A stretch of DNA of 63,306 nucleotides, counting the filler, from Octopus bimaculoides (Eukaryota), in NCBI RefSeq assembly GCF_001194135.2. It is 4 parts of 4 records of this genome, joined end to end, with 100 filler letters (N's around TTAATTAATTAA, not from the genome) between each part and the next. Parts side by side here need not be neighbours in the genome. Positions count along the whole stretch, not along the records: positions 1 to 17,653 come from NC_068998.1; 3 more parts are not named here. The stretch is one strand, 5' to 3'. The translations under genes were made by a program, and so were the position numbers. The notes beneath the pieces are model-generated. The model searched no databases. It saw only the letters and a program-made list of their open reading frames with translations, and was not told the origin of the DNA. Below are positions 1 to 11,912 of this stretch, piece after piece. Every line of letters begins with the position of its first letter. Position 1 is the first letter of the stretch.

Positions 1-55
1 CAAACAGACACACAAACATATACACACACATACATATATATATATACATATATAC

Positions 56-218
56 GACGGGCTTCTTTCAGTTTCCGTCTACCAAATCCACTCACAAGGC
101 TTTGGTCGTCCCGAGGCTATAGTAGAAGACACTTGCCCAAGGTGCCACGCAGTGGTACTGAACCCGGAACCATGTGGTTTCTAAGCAAGCTACTTACCAC
201 ACAGCCACTCCTACGCCT
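56..218 (-). mobile_element. tRNA-derived SINE (family A)
   Basis: Reverse strand reads AGGCGTAGGAGTGGCTGTGTGGTAAG (A-box-like), GGTTCCGGGTTCAGTACC (B-box-like), then GGCACCTTGGGCAAGTGTCTTC; ends in a TA/CA microsatellite. A diverged copy lies at about 13872-14038. Confidence 0.8.
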
Positions 219-850
219 ATCTAGAAGAAAAAGAATATTTAAATATTCTAAATGACTTGAGATACTTTGAGATGCCTTGGAATTTGCCGTCCTTTTCCCT
301 CTAATATATACCTGGTAACTCGGAAGTGTACTACAGATTCCTAGCTCCAGACCCAGTAGTGAACTTGGAACCTAACGGATGATTAATAGCACTTACACAG
401 CGTATCTGTTCGTTTAGATCATCAGTGAACTAAATCCCTACTATCTAGAATACTCAAACTCACCTCGCTCGAATAGTGTGTATCAGTATCCTTGTACGAT
501 CAACCGCATGAGAATTTATATAGCCTTGTATATTAAATACTTATCCTATCAATGGTAATGAGTTTGCTTCTACTTGGTTCATAGCACTATTGTGTATATA
601 ATACCTCTTACAAACATATCGCAACTACAGCAAACACGCACGCTAGCGCCCACATACACCCACGTGCGCGCCCACTCACACACGTAATGTATTCTTCACA
701 AAAACATATTTATGTCATAAAACGTCAGATCTCTGTACAGCAAGATAGTGAATGCTTTACTTATAACAAACTGTTCAAACATTTTCGACCAAAAGGCGTC
801 GGTTTCGTTTCATCTGCAGCAGTTTCTTAAACGAGAACTAAATGTTAATA

Positions 851-964
851 ATTTCCATCCAAAATTTGTTAGAGACTCCATCAAGATGGCTGAATAATTC
901 AAGTAATTCGTTCGCCTTTCCTATCAATCCGTCGAAGTCGTCAGCAAATTTGACATTTGCGATG
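851..964 (-). mobile_element. RTE-type LINE RT core fragment, inverted
   Basis: Minus strand translates IANVKFADDFDGLIGKANELLELFSHLDGVSNKFWMEI, containing the RT FADD motif in RTE context. Confidence 0.7.
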
Positions 965-984
965 TGCTCAGCTGGTCTTCAAAA

Positions 985-1435
985 GCATCGTTCAAATACC
1001 TGAAGGCAATTATTAATGACAAAGGATCAAGATCAGAAATTCTTGCAAGAACCACATAAACAATGAATAATTGCGGTAGTCAAACTCGAGTTAATATAAA
1101 GAGATAGAACCATCAGCACGAAGAGTAAAATCAGACTCCTACGTGCTTTAGTAACGACATTCATCTTTATGTACGCGAGACATGGAATCTCATAATCTCA
1201 TTGCGGAAATATAGGAAAAGATACGGTCATTGAAAATGAGATGTCATCACATCTTAGGCAGGTCCACGTGGCCATCCAGCGACACATCGCTCTAACTCCC
1301 GTGAACAAATTTGATATAAAAGTATGGCTAAGAAAACCCTGTGGCCTAACAAAGATTTTTCTTCAAGTAAGCGTGGAGGAGCAAAAGAGATGACAGCTAT
1401 CGGAAAAGATGGACGTGCAATGTCAAGGAATAGAA
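985..1435 (+). mobile_element. RTE-type LINE RT C-terminal fragment, degenerate
   Basis: Translates FKYLKAIINDKGSRSEILART...ISTKSKIRLLRALVTTFIFMYA(C)ETW...GLTKIFLQVSV, matching RTE post-RT motifs, with stops and frameshifts. Confidence 0.75.
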
Positions 1436-3083
1436 AGGCGAATCATTTGCGGAGGCTAGTATTCTTTTGTGAAAGATGAAGAAACTAGGAAACAGTATGT
1501 TTCAGCGGCAGCTCGACGATTTCATGGAAGTTCAGAGAAAAGTCAAATAGAACCATACCAAGCTAAATGGTAATGAGATTGAGACGACAAAATTATCAGA
1601 AATACAAAGTTTTACAGATGCGTGGGAGATTCTAAATTACAAAGGAAGAGGGTAAAAGATCGTTGGGTGTTGAAACGTTTTTATATACCACTCTTTTGGT
1701 GCGGAAAAAATAAAATAAAAAGTAAAACAAAAACAAAATAAAAAACTGATTATAAGAGACACAATTTCATTGAATCTTCAATAGGCTGTGTAAAAAAAAA
1801 TAAAATAAAGATACGCATGCACAGACACACACACACATTTACAAACTACATACACGCTGGAGGGGGATTGAAGGGAAGATGTTGCTATGGTGATTGTAAT
1901 ACATGCTGCCATCGCTATTTGGACAAAGATTGATAACGACAAGAATAACTGCAACAGTATAATCTTCAACGCCATCGTGAACGTCATCAATAACAATAAT
2001 AACAGTGGTAATATTGTTCTGTTCTCTAGTTTGGTTGTGATTTTTGTTGGAGTTTCGTTTCGGTTTTTAGTGTCGGTCTATTAAGATTGGGTGTCTTTTT
2101 AAAATTCACACACACACACAAAGGTTGAGAGTAACAGACGGCAATTTTTCACCTGGATATAAAAACCATCGTTTGTAATCTATTCTGGCATGTAGAATGT
2201 GTCTCTCGAGTCATTCTGCTTCTTTCTACACACGCACACGTAGTCCTCCCCCCACCACACACACGTATATACACATACGCGTACAGGCGCTTAAAAATTT
2301 TTTTTAAACATCCATGCGTTTATTCATCCATTTTCACACACGCATCACGTCACACATACGTACATTCAGATACATATAGATACACTTTGTTTTCCTTGAA
2401 ACATGCATCGTTACACACACACATACAGAAACCTTTAATCTATTAAGTACTCCCCATCACATACACATTTACTAGTTTTCATACAGACATCATGTCACAC
2501 ACACACACACACAAATACATTCACGTCCCACATATTCTTTTAGATTCATATTACTCTTCAGGAGTTAGCCACTATATGGAGTTTGCTCTAGCTGCCAAGA
2601 ACAGCAGCCAGGTCCCCACTCAAACCACACTCTATTATCCTAAACAGAAGGACACATTTGAAAATATCAATCATGCGTACGTCTAATAAGCTGGATGGAC
2701 ACAGTTGGAATGACCTTCTTTGATCTTAGGTCTGATCGATCAGAATTGACTTGCAGTTGGTTCAACGGCTTACATTTCGTACCATGCACGCATCATCTGT
2801 CTCACAAATAACTTCTTACTTACCCTGATTGTGCCCATCTTGTCACATTTATATATGTATGTGACATAACCATCTTATACATACACGTTCTCTCATACAC
2901 ACTTATTCGTTCTTCTTCATATACACATCGTGTCATTCATGCATTGTCATATATATGTGACACAATATAGTCTAACGACGGAAACGAGTGAAGCATAGTA
3001 CACACACATACATATATGTATATATAATTTAATTAGAGGATATGTTAACCTTGTGAAGGGGTGGTTGCATCCAAAGAAATGCT

Positions 3084-3340
3084 AGTCCATCCATTCATCT
3101 ATCCACCCATCTATCTATCTATTCAACTACCCATCTATTTACCAATCCATCAATTTATCTACCCTCCCAGCTATCCACCCACTCACCTATATCCATCTGT
3201 CAATCCCACTCGTTCCACTTTTGCACCTAACCCATCCTTCCGTCTGCCCCATCCATTCCACAGCTTACCCATCAATCTATCCACCCATCCATCCGACCAT
3301 CTCTTCACCTATCATCCATCCATCCATCCATCCATCCATT
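3084..3340 (+). repeat. Near-identical duplicate of 8572-8824 (CCAT-rich)
   Basis: About 250 bp match with one substitution and one CATC unit difference, ending at an N gap. 3034-3086 is also repeated at 3434-3486 on the other side of the gap. Confidence 0.85.
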
Positions 3341-3631
3341 NNNNNNNNNNNNNNNNNNNNNNNNNNNNNNNNNNNNNNNNNNNNNNNNNNNNNNNNNNNN
3401 NNNNNNNNNNNNNNNNNNNNNNNNNNNNNNNNNAGAGGATATGTTAACCTTGTGAAGGGGTGGTTGCATCCAAAGAAATGCTAGTTCAATGCCTAGTATT
3501 GTTGGGAATGAAATTCCCTTAAAACAATAGGTATATATTAAGCATATAGTTTATATCCAGTTAAAAGAAGAAAAGAAAATGGAGATAAGGAAGTTAACAA
3601 TCATTTATTATTAACAAGTTGGTCATCTTCG

Positions 3632-3730
3632 CTTCTTACAGCCGTTTCAATTAATGCTCAATAATTTAATTACAATTTTGTACATTAAATTTGCATTCAT
3701 GTGACATGAGCATGATTTCATCAGATAAAA
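3632..3730 (-). ncRNA. Type I hammerhead ribozyme motif (weak helix I)
   Basis: Minus strand: TTTTAT CTGATGA AATC-ATGCTCA...TGAGCAT-TAATT GAAA CGGCTG TA AGAAG. Confidence 0.55.
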
Positions 3731-3831
3731 AAGATGTACCTTGAGATGTGGACCTGTCAATTCATTTCAGCAGACTAAATTTAGTCTGATAAAATGGATA
3801 TGTCCACGTATAACATTTCAAGGTACATCTT

Positions 3832-3929
3832 TTTTATCTGATGAAATTATGCTCATGTCCCATGAATGCAAATTTAACGTACAAATTGTAATTAAATTAT
3901 TGAGTATTAATTGAAACGGCTGTAAGAAG
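3832..3929 (+). ncRNA. Type I hammerhead ribozyme motif (weak helix I)
   Basis: CTGATGA 3838-3844; helix II AATTATGCTCA/TGAGTATTAATT; GAAA 3913-3916; helix III ACGGCTGT; predicted site GTA; helix I has one mismatch. Confidence 0.55.
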
Positions 3930-4203
3930 AGTCAACTTATGTATTGAAAATGAAGGACAACACTTTCAATACCTATTATAAAGTTTTTTAAAGTCTTGTA
4001 AAGTCTAATATATTCTTTTGTAGTCTTATACCATCTTATTTATTTTGCAATAAAATAGTTACTGTGGAGAGACTTTCTGAACACCCTGTATATATTATAT
4101 ATATATCATCACCTATATATATATATATATAAGTCAGTAAATAGTGGGGTTGTGTTAACCGCACGTGGAGAAATAATAGGAAAATGAAAAAAAGCCAGAA
4201 TGC

Positions 4204-4319
4204 TGAACTGGAAGCATAATTTAATAAAGATTTTTTCTAACCGGTTTTCATTGCGATGAAGCAAATCATTCTCCTTCTTCGGTTAGAAAAAATCTTTATT
4301 AAATTATGCTTCCAGTTCA
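4204..4319. repeat. Perfect 40-bp inverted repeat enclosing a truncated HHR-like core
   Basis: Arms 4204-4243 and 4280-4319 (right arm cut by a gap). Minus-strand loop reads (C)CGAAGA-AG...GAAAACCGGT-TAG. Confidence 0.8.
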
Positions 4320-4409
4320 NNNNNNNNNNNNNNNNNNNNNNNNNNNNNNNNNNNNNNNNNNNNNNNNNNNNNNNNNNNNNNNNNNNNNNNNNNNNACACA
4401 CACACATGT

Positions 4410-4568
4410 TGATATTAGAAAACGGTTGGCGTTAGGAAGGGCATCCAGCTGTAGAAACTCTGCCAGATCAGATTGGAGCCTGGTGCAGCCTTCTGGCTTG
4501 CCAGTCCTCAGTCAAATCGTCCAACCCATATTAGCATGGAAAGCGGACGTTAAACGATGATGATGATG
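4410..4568 (+). mobile_element. RTE-related LINE/SINE 3' tail
   Basis: GGAAGGGCATCCAGCTGTAGAAAC...CCAACCCAT..AGCATGGAAAGCGGACGTTAAACGATGATGAT. Related copies at about 6500-6636, 8114-8200, 9900-10030, 13145-13300, 13678-13860 (minus) and 15493-15540. Confidence 0.8.
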
Positions 4569-4959
4569 TCATTTACCTGCACAACGTTCCCTCATGATGT
4601 AGAAAAGCTAGGCTGAAAAAGGTCAATGATGTCATCTACTAATATCAAAAGATTGTTGACCGCAGGGTGTTCTGAACGGCACACCTAATGAGAGATTAGT
4701 TTTTTTTTTTTTCTTTAATAATGGTTCTTGAGAAAGGTTACCCATGTCGGTTGTTTTAACGTGTGTCAAATAATTTGTAACAATTGTACCTGTAATCTAA
4801 AGATTACCCCGTGGTCTGGAGTATACCTGTAACTACATTAAAATATATCGTAACTAGTAAATTTCTGTTATTAGGGGAAGAGAAGGTTTGTAAAAGAAAT
4901 GGTGTTATAGCAAATATATTCCTTGCTATCAGAAAGTCTAACTAGTGATCTTTTGCATT

Positions 4960-5300
4960 ATGAACATATAATGGCGGATAATTAAATGAAACAAACCAAA
5001 CGGAAGGGCAACAAGAGAAAGTGGAAGAGAGTCATAACGGTTAATAATCGACCATAAAATGAAACAGGAATGTACTTGATGTAAGAAAATGATAATTGTA
5101 AAATCCAGTGTTGTTTTTTGTTTTGTTTTTGTATAACAATGCTTTGGCAGTGGACACCATTGATTTATGTGCCAACTGGAGGAGTGACAGACGGTCTTAA
5201 TTGGCTGACTCCTCATAACATATAAAAAGCACATTTGAAGCTGAAGTTCGTGACTCAGTTGAAAACTGGCCAGTGAACAAGAAATCGGGCTTCAAATTGG
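4960..5300. promoter_or_regulatory. Possible promoter region upstream of gene 1
   Basis: YY1-like ATGGCGG, ETS-like ACGGAAG and reverse CCAAT (ATTGGC), just before the CpG-poor domain begins. Confidence 0.25.
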
Positions 5301-7014
5301 AGCTGCACTTTGCGTAACATAAATGCAAACTTTGAGTTTTACAGCAGGAAAAGTAAAAACAAAACAAAAATTCATTTCGATCTCTCGTCAATGATGATTG
5401 ATTACAAATGATTACACAACTTTGTTTCACTTTCATTCATTGCACTTCCTTTCCAGTTTATTTCACTTTATTGTCCATCGTTAAACGTTTGTAAATTGAA
5501 AGACTGTCAGCTGATAGATATAACTGTTCTTAAACTGAAAGTGACGTTCACTTAATAGTGTGGTAATGATAATTCCAATCCATTGGGTCCCCAGTTTACA
5601 GATAGAGGAATGACCTGTAGATATACAGGTTGTGAATATTCAATAAGTAATCCTGGACAAAATCACAAGTTGTCCTTTGGCAAGGCATCACACCCTTCAG
5701 CTACCTTGCTACGGTCACTGTGAAATCCCCAAACCCTGAAAAGAGCAGAAATGCCACTATCATTGGGATGCAAGATGGTAATAGAGAATGGAATGCAAGA
5801 CATAAAATACTTTGTCTTTGGATTTCTTCCTACTTTGCTGAAGAAATTACTTTTATGAAGCTTAGTCTGGGAAAGCTGTCAGTTTGACTGACACTGCAAT
5901 CATCTATAGGACTTGTGACCATAGATGGGAAATTAACAAGTGAAAAACATTCCATGACTTGCATTAACTGAAATTCATAAAGAAAAAAATATTTACAAAA
6001 ATGTTTAACCCCAGGTCAGCTCTGATCAAGCAGACCTAGGATTGAAAAACATGCTGCTGTTGACAAGGATTTAGACTTCGTTTGGTTATGTGGTTATGAC
6101 TGACCATATATTTCTGAACCTGAAAAGTTCCTCTTTAAGTCACAAGCTTGGGCAAGTTTTTTTTTTTTTTTTGTATATGGAAACCTTGCAACTATCTATG
6201 CATGCAAGTCTTCCCCCTCTGTGTCACTGATTATGTCAGAATGGAAAGTAAGTTTCATACAGCACAGCCATTGTCAGATGTTATCACCAGAAAGCAAAGA
6301 GCTGGAACAATTACCTCTCTGTCTCTCTGTCACACTCTAACCTTTCATCATCTGATACAAGATCACCTCCTCCAATACTCCCACCCCTCTCAAAATTCCT
6401 TGTCTTGCAAGTTACTTGGTGCCACATAAAAACTATGCCAAAACTGACCTCGCCTGTACTGGTGCCACATAAAAATCACTCAGTCCACTCTACAGGGCAG
6501 TTGATATTAGGAAGGGCATCCTGCTGTAAAAAACATGCCAAACAAAGGGTAGTCTTCTACCTAGCTGGCTCCTGTCAAACCATCCTACCCATGCCAGCAG
6601 GGAAGGTGGATATTAAACAATGATGATGATGATGATAAATTCATCAGATACTCTAACAATTCTGCCAATCCACTGCCTTAGATTGGTAGTTATTTTTATT
6701 GACCTCTGACGCCGAGAAAAGATAACAGGCAAAATTGGCAAATCCACCTTGGTGTGATTTGAACTGAAAATGCAGTGAGTTTCAACAGGTACAGTGGAAC
6801 ATTCTACCTGATGTTCTCATGAATCTATCAATTCACTATCTAAATGATAAGTATCAGTTAATCATTATGTCAATATCAAATAGACATTTCATTTGATCAA
6901 ACAGTAGCTTGACACTTATCAGGCATTCTATGAGTCAACTAAATGTTCATTCAATAGTCAAGCTGTTGTTTCTATTGGAAACTGTCTTTTGCCTAAAGCT
7001 GTATTAGCAAACAT

Positions 7015-7138
7015 TTTTTAGCTCAGTGTGTTGAAATTTTAATTTCTTTAATAAACCTGTTATTTAAGTGTCACAAGTATACTTGTACATGTGACACTTG
7101 AAGGAAGAAATAAAAATTTTGACACACTGAGCTAAAAA
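7015..7138. repeat. Imperfect fold-back element
   Basis: TTTTTAGCTCAGTGTGTTGAAATTTTAATTTCTT pairs with AAGAAATAAAAATTTTGACACACTGAGCTAAAAA; inner stem AAGTGTCACA/TGTGACACTT. Confidence 0.8.
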
Positions 7139-7200
<62 letters not shown>

Positions 7201-8204
7201 NNNNNNNNNNNNNNNNNNNNNNNNNNNNNNNNNNNNNNNNNNNNNNNNNNNNNNNNNNNNNNNNNNNNNNNNNNNNNNNNNNNNNNNNNNNNNNNNNNNN
7301 NNNNNNNNNNNNNNNNNNNNNNNNNNNNNNNNNNNNNNNNNNNNNNNNNNNNNNNNNNNNNNNNNNNNNNNNNNNNNNNNNNNNNNNNNNNNNNNNNNNN
7401 NNNNNNNNNNNNNNNNNNNNNNNNNNNNNNNNNNNNNNNNNNNNNNNNNNNNNNNNNNNNNNNNNNNNNNNNNNNNNNNNNNNNNNNNNNNNNNNNNNNN
7501 NNNNNNNNNNNNNNNNNNNNNNNNNNNNNNNNNNNNNNNNNNNNNNNNNNNNNNNNNNNNNNNNNNNNNNNNNNNNNNNNNNNNNNNNNNNNNNNNNNNN
7601 NNNNNNNNNNNNNNNNNNNNNNNNNNNNNNNNNNNNNNNNNNNNNNNNNNNNNNNNNNNNNNNNNNNNNNNNNNNNNNNNNNNNNNNNNNNNNNNNNNNN
7701 NNNNNNNNNNNNNNNNNNNNNNNNNNNNNNNNNNNNNNNNNNNNNNNNNNNNNNNNNNNNNNNNNNNNNNNNNNNNNNNNNNNNNNNNNNNNNNNNNNNN
7801 NNNNNNNNNNNNNNNNNNNNNNNNNNNNNNNNNNNNNNNNNNNNNNNNNNNNNNNNNNNNNNNNNNNNNNNNNNNNNNNNNNNNNNNNNNNNNNNNNNNN
7901 NNNNNNNNNNNNNNNNNNNNNNNNNNNNNNNNNNNNNNNNNNNNNNNNNNNNNNNNNNNNNNNNNNNNNNNNNNNNNNNNNNNNNNNNNNNNNNNNNNNN
8001 NNNNNNNNNNNNNNNNNNNNNNNNNNNNNNNNNNNNNNNNNNNNNNNNNNNNNNNNNNNNNNNNNNNNNNNNNNNNNNNNNNNNNNNNNNNNNTATATAT
8101 ATATATATATATGAGCCTGGTGCCATCTGGTTTCACCAGTCCTCTGTCAAATCGTCCAACCCATGCTAGCATGGAAAGTGGACGTTAAACGATGATGATG
8201 TATA

Positions 8205-8410
8205 TAAAATTTATTAATAAGGGTAGAAATTGATATTAATCAATTAAAACCAGTGGTCTAGCATATTAAAAAAATCCGAAGATTAAAATTATATTACATA
8301 CAAAAATAAGAGGAATGACCAGCAAAAGTGGACTCCTATATGCTAGAAATAGATGTCGAATCATCTAATCACGAAGAACTTTTGCTGGTCATTCCTCTTA
8401 TTTTTGTATA
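8205..8410. mobile_element. Repeat related to the terminal segment of the 24 kb HHR element, with a ~32-bp inverted repeat
   Basis: AATTAAAACCAGTGGTCTAGCAT...AAAATTATATTACATAC aligns to 24190-24290; arms about 8298-8329 and 8378-8409. Confidence 0.7.
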
Positions 8411-9204
8411 TATATATATATATAAAAGATAAAGAATCTATCCATCTACATAACTGTCCATCCATCCAACTGTTTATTTACCTACCCACCCATTTACTTA
8501 TCTATCAGTTCACTTTCCCTCCCACCAGCCAGCCATCCACCCACCTACGTCTTGTCATCCATTCCTCTACCAGTCCATCCATTCATCTATCCACCCATCT
8601 ATCTATCTATTCAAATACCCATCTATTTACCAATCCATCAATTTATCTACCCTCCCAGCTATCCACCCACTCACCTATATCCATCTGTCAATCCCACTCG
8701 TTCCACTTTTGCACCTAACCCATCCTTCCGTCTGCCCCATCCATTCCACAGCTTACCCATCAATCTATCCACCCATCCATCCGACCATCTCTTCACCTAT
8801 CATCCATCCATCCATCCATCCATTCATCCACCTACATCCATTTGTCCAACTCTCAACTCACCTGTTCATTCATTCACTTTGATCCACCCACATCCATCCA
8901 TCCATNNNNNNNNNNNNNNNNNNNNNNNNNNNNNNNNNNNNNNNNNNNNNNNNNNNNNNNNNNNNNNNNNNNNNNNNNNNNNNNNNNNNNNNNNNNNNNN
9001 NNNNNNNNNNNNNNNNNNNNNNNNNNNNNNNNNNNNNNNNNNNNNNNNNNNNNNNNNNNNNNNNNNNNNNNNNNNNNNNNNNNNNNNNNNNNNNNNNNNN
9101 NNNNNNNNNNNNNNNNNNNNGTAGAAATAAGTTACGTAGCAATCTTCTCTAACCACAGTTATCACATTCGGTTAAAATGTCTCGCGGTTAAGCTGGTTCC
9201 AATG

Positions 9205-9296
9205 TATTTCCCTGAAGAGAAGATTACATCCTTATCAACATCACCTATTCCTTTGGAAGGTACAATTTGTAATCTTTGAAACATATATTGGAAATA
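9205..9296 (+). ncRNA. Type I hammerhead ribozyme motif
   Basis: Helix I TATTTCC/GGAAATA (7 bp); CTGAAGA 9212-9218; helix II GAAGATTACA/TGTAATCTTT (10 bp); GAAA 9278-9281; helix III ACATATAT (one change from palindrome ACATATGT); H17 = T9289. Confidence 0.7.
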
Positions 9297-9681
9297 AAAG
9301 AATTCATTTAACATATGCGTTTTACTCCATTTACTAAATTCATATATATATCTATATATATATATCTACCAGCAGCTAAGCCTGGTTTCACCCGGTTGGT
9401 TTGGATGATGTGGCTGTAAAACCTGACCATGGTTTGTTTATGCCTTTTTAACTACTATGAGACTATTTCTCTATGACAAAATTCAGTGAATGACCTTCTT
9501 ACAGATTCAAATATTTCTCAAACATATTTGAACTGATAACAAGTTTATATGACTACATCAGTACTTATTTGTATTACTATGGTCTATGTCCTGTTCTTTA
9601 CTCATCTTGCAAGTTATTAGGTAACCTCACTAGTGCTCGTAGCATGAAAAAACAAAACACCCTGTACACACTGTAAGATGG

Positions 9682-9865
9682 TGGAGGCACGTGGCTTAGT
9701 GGTTAGGGTGTTGGATTCATGATGGTAAGATTGTGGTTTCGATTCCTGGACTGGATGATGCTTTGTATTCTTGAGCAAAACACTTCATCTCAAATTGCTC
9801 CAGTCCACTCAGATGGCAAAAATGAGTAATCCTGCAATGGACTGGTGTCCCATCCAGGTGGGGAC
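9682..9865 (+). mobile_element. tRNA-derived SINE
   Basis: GGAGGCACGTGGCTTAGTGGTTAGGG...GGTTTCGATTCCTGG head followed by TTCTTGAGCAAAACACTT central domain. Confidence 0.75.
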
Positions 9866-10019
9866 TTGAGAAGGTAACTTTACCTTACTTTTTATTGCAA
9901 GATGGTTGGTGCTAGGAAGAGCATCCAGCCATAGAAACCATCCCAAGTTCACATTGGGGCAGCCCTGGAGCTCATATGATCCTGTCAGACCATCAAACCC
10001 ATGCCAGCATGGAAAATAA

Positions 10020-10423
10020 ATGTTAAATGATGATGATGATGATCATGATTATGATGATGCTGGTTCTGATAATCACAAGGACGCTGGTGGTGATGATGAG
10101 GATTACAAAAAATGATGAGGGCTGTGTGGTGCTAGTGACGTGATGCTGGTGTTGGTGTTGATGTTTTTGTGGTGGCGGTGACGTGATGTGGTGGTTGTTG
10201 TAATGACGGTAGTAATAGCGGTGATGATGAAGAGACAATGACAGTGTTAGTGGATGATGATGATGATGATGATGGTAGATATTGGAGCCAGTGGCAATGA
10301 GCAGTAGTGAAGATGGAAATATTGCTGCTGATGCTGTTGATAACGATGATGATGGTGGTGGTTGTGATGATAATGATGACGATGATGATGATGACAGTGA
10401 CGATGATGATTTTATAATGGTGG

Positions 10424-10455
<32 letters not shown>

Positions 10456-10552
10456 GCGTTGGTGGTAGTAGTGGTGGTGATGACGATGATGATGTCAATG
10501 ATAACGGTGATTGTGATAGTTATGGAAGTAGCAATGTTAATGATAATCACTA

Positions 10553-10585
<33 letters not shown>

Positions 10586-10590
10586 AAATT
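10020..10590. repeat. Compound GAT/GGT trinucleotide low-complexity tract
   Basis: Direct inspection. Similar tracts at about 19555-19790, 31370-31570 and 32370-32670. Confidence 0.9.
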
Positions 10591-11177
10591 GCAATAACAC
10601 TCAGGTTAATGACATTAGATAAGGTGTTTTTTTTTAATATCTTCCATAGTTGTTGTTGTTATGTCGGTCATGTTTTTTTTTTATTTAGTTTATTTTGTCA
10701 TTTATTTATCTTCTATTTGATTTCTTCTTTTTTTTTTTAATTTCTATTTTATTTTATTACTGCTATTATTATTATTATTATTATTATTATTTTTTTTTTT
10801 TGATGAAATGATCCAAGCAGAAAATCAATAACAGATGTGATGATGTCCTGCAATCATTGGGCTGCTGGAGGGGAAGGGGTGGTCAGTGGGGGAGTGGAAG
10901 TAACAGAGAGAGAGAGAGAGAGAGAGAGAAGAAGAAGGGTGGAAGGGAGAACATGAAGAGGAAGGGCGGAAGGGGGTTGTGTTATTGTGGGCATGGGAGG
11001 AGGGAATGTCGGTGGCTGGTCATGTGCATAAGATGGAAACAAATAAACAGTGGAAGAGGAAGGGGACGAGGCAGAGGAGGAGGAGAAGGAAGAGAAAATA
11101 CATTTGAAAGCAAAACAAAAATGCAAAAATAAAAAAAAGTAATAATAACAATAATAATAATAATAATGATGATGATG

Positions 11178-11214
<37 letters not shown>

Positions 11215-11219
11215 TGATG

Positions 11220-11255
<36 letters not shown>

Positions 11256-11589
11256 ATACACCTCCTTTGTCTCGTACCCTCTACTCCCTTCTACACTGAC
11301 ATACAAACATGTTTCCTTACTGTCTACCTCCGCCCCACACAAAAAAATTTAAAAACAAAAAAACAACCACATCAAATTCTTCTCTATGCTCCCATTATCA
11401 GAATAACTTCTGCACAGTAATTGTTAAAATTGATTTAAAAAAAAAAATATATTTGTTTTTCTCTTTTTTTAACTTCTTGTTTTTGCTGTAATGATTTCTT
11501 ATACTGTCTCAAAAATGTTTCATTTATTTGTAAAAAGAGAGGTAACAAAGATTTTAGGCATTTCAATCAATCTTTTACAGTAATACAAC

Positions 11590-11912
11590 TGGTATGGCAC
11601 TTCATCAATTATGATGGTGAGGGTTCCGGTTGATCTGATCAACGGAACAGCCTGCTCATGAAATCAATGTGCAAGTGGTTGAGCACTTCACAGACATGTG
11701 TACCCTTAATGTAGTTCTCAGAGAGATTCAGTGTGAAACAGAGTGTGATTAGGTTGGCCCTTTGAAATACAGGAACTACATGTTTCTGCCAGCTGAGTGA
11801 ACTGGAGTAATATGAAATAAAGTGACTTGCTCAAAGACAATGCACTGACAGGAATTGAACTCACAACCTTATGATCATGAGTCAAATAACCTAACCACTT
11901 AGCCACATGCCT
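11590..11912 (-). mobile_element. tRNA-derived SINE (family B), CpG-decayed
   Basis: Contains GATCAACGGAACAGCCTG..GCAAGTGG.TGAGCAC, shared with 36120-36495, 49695-50025 and 55690-55780. Confidence 0.75.

Larger units (their letters stand above)
3632..3929. repeat. 298-bp fold-back palindrome carrying an HHR motif on each strand
   Basis: Near-perfect arms of about 120 bp around a central 18-bp palindrome CAGACTAAA|TTTAGTCTG (3771-3788). Confidence 0.9.
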
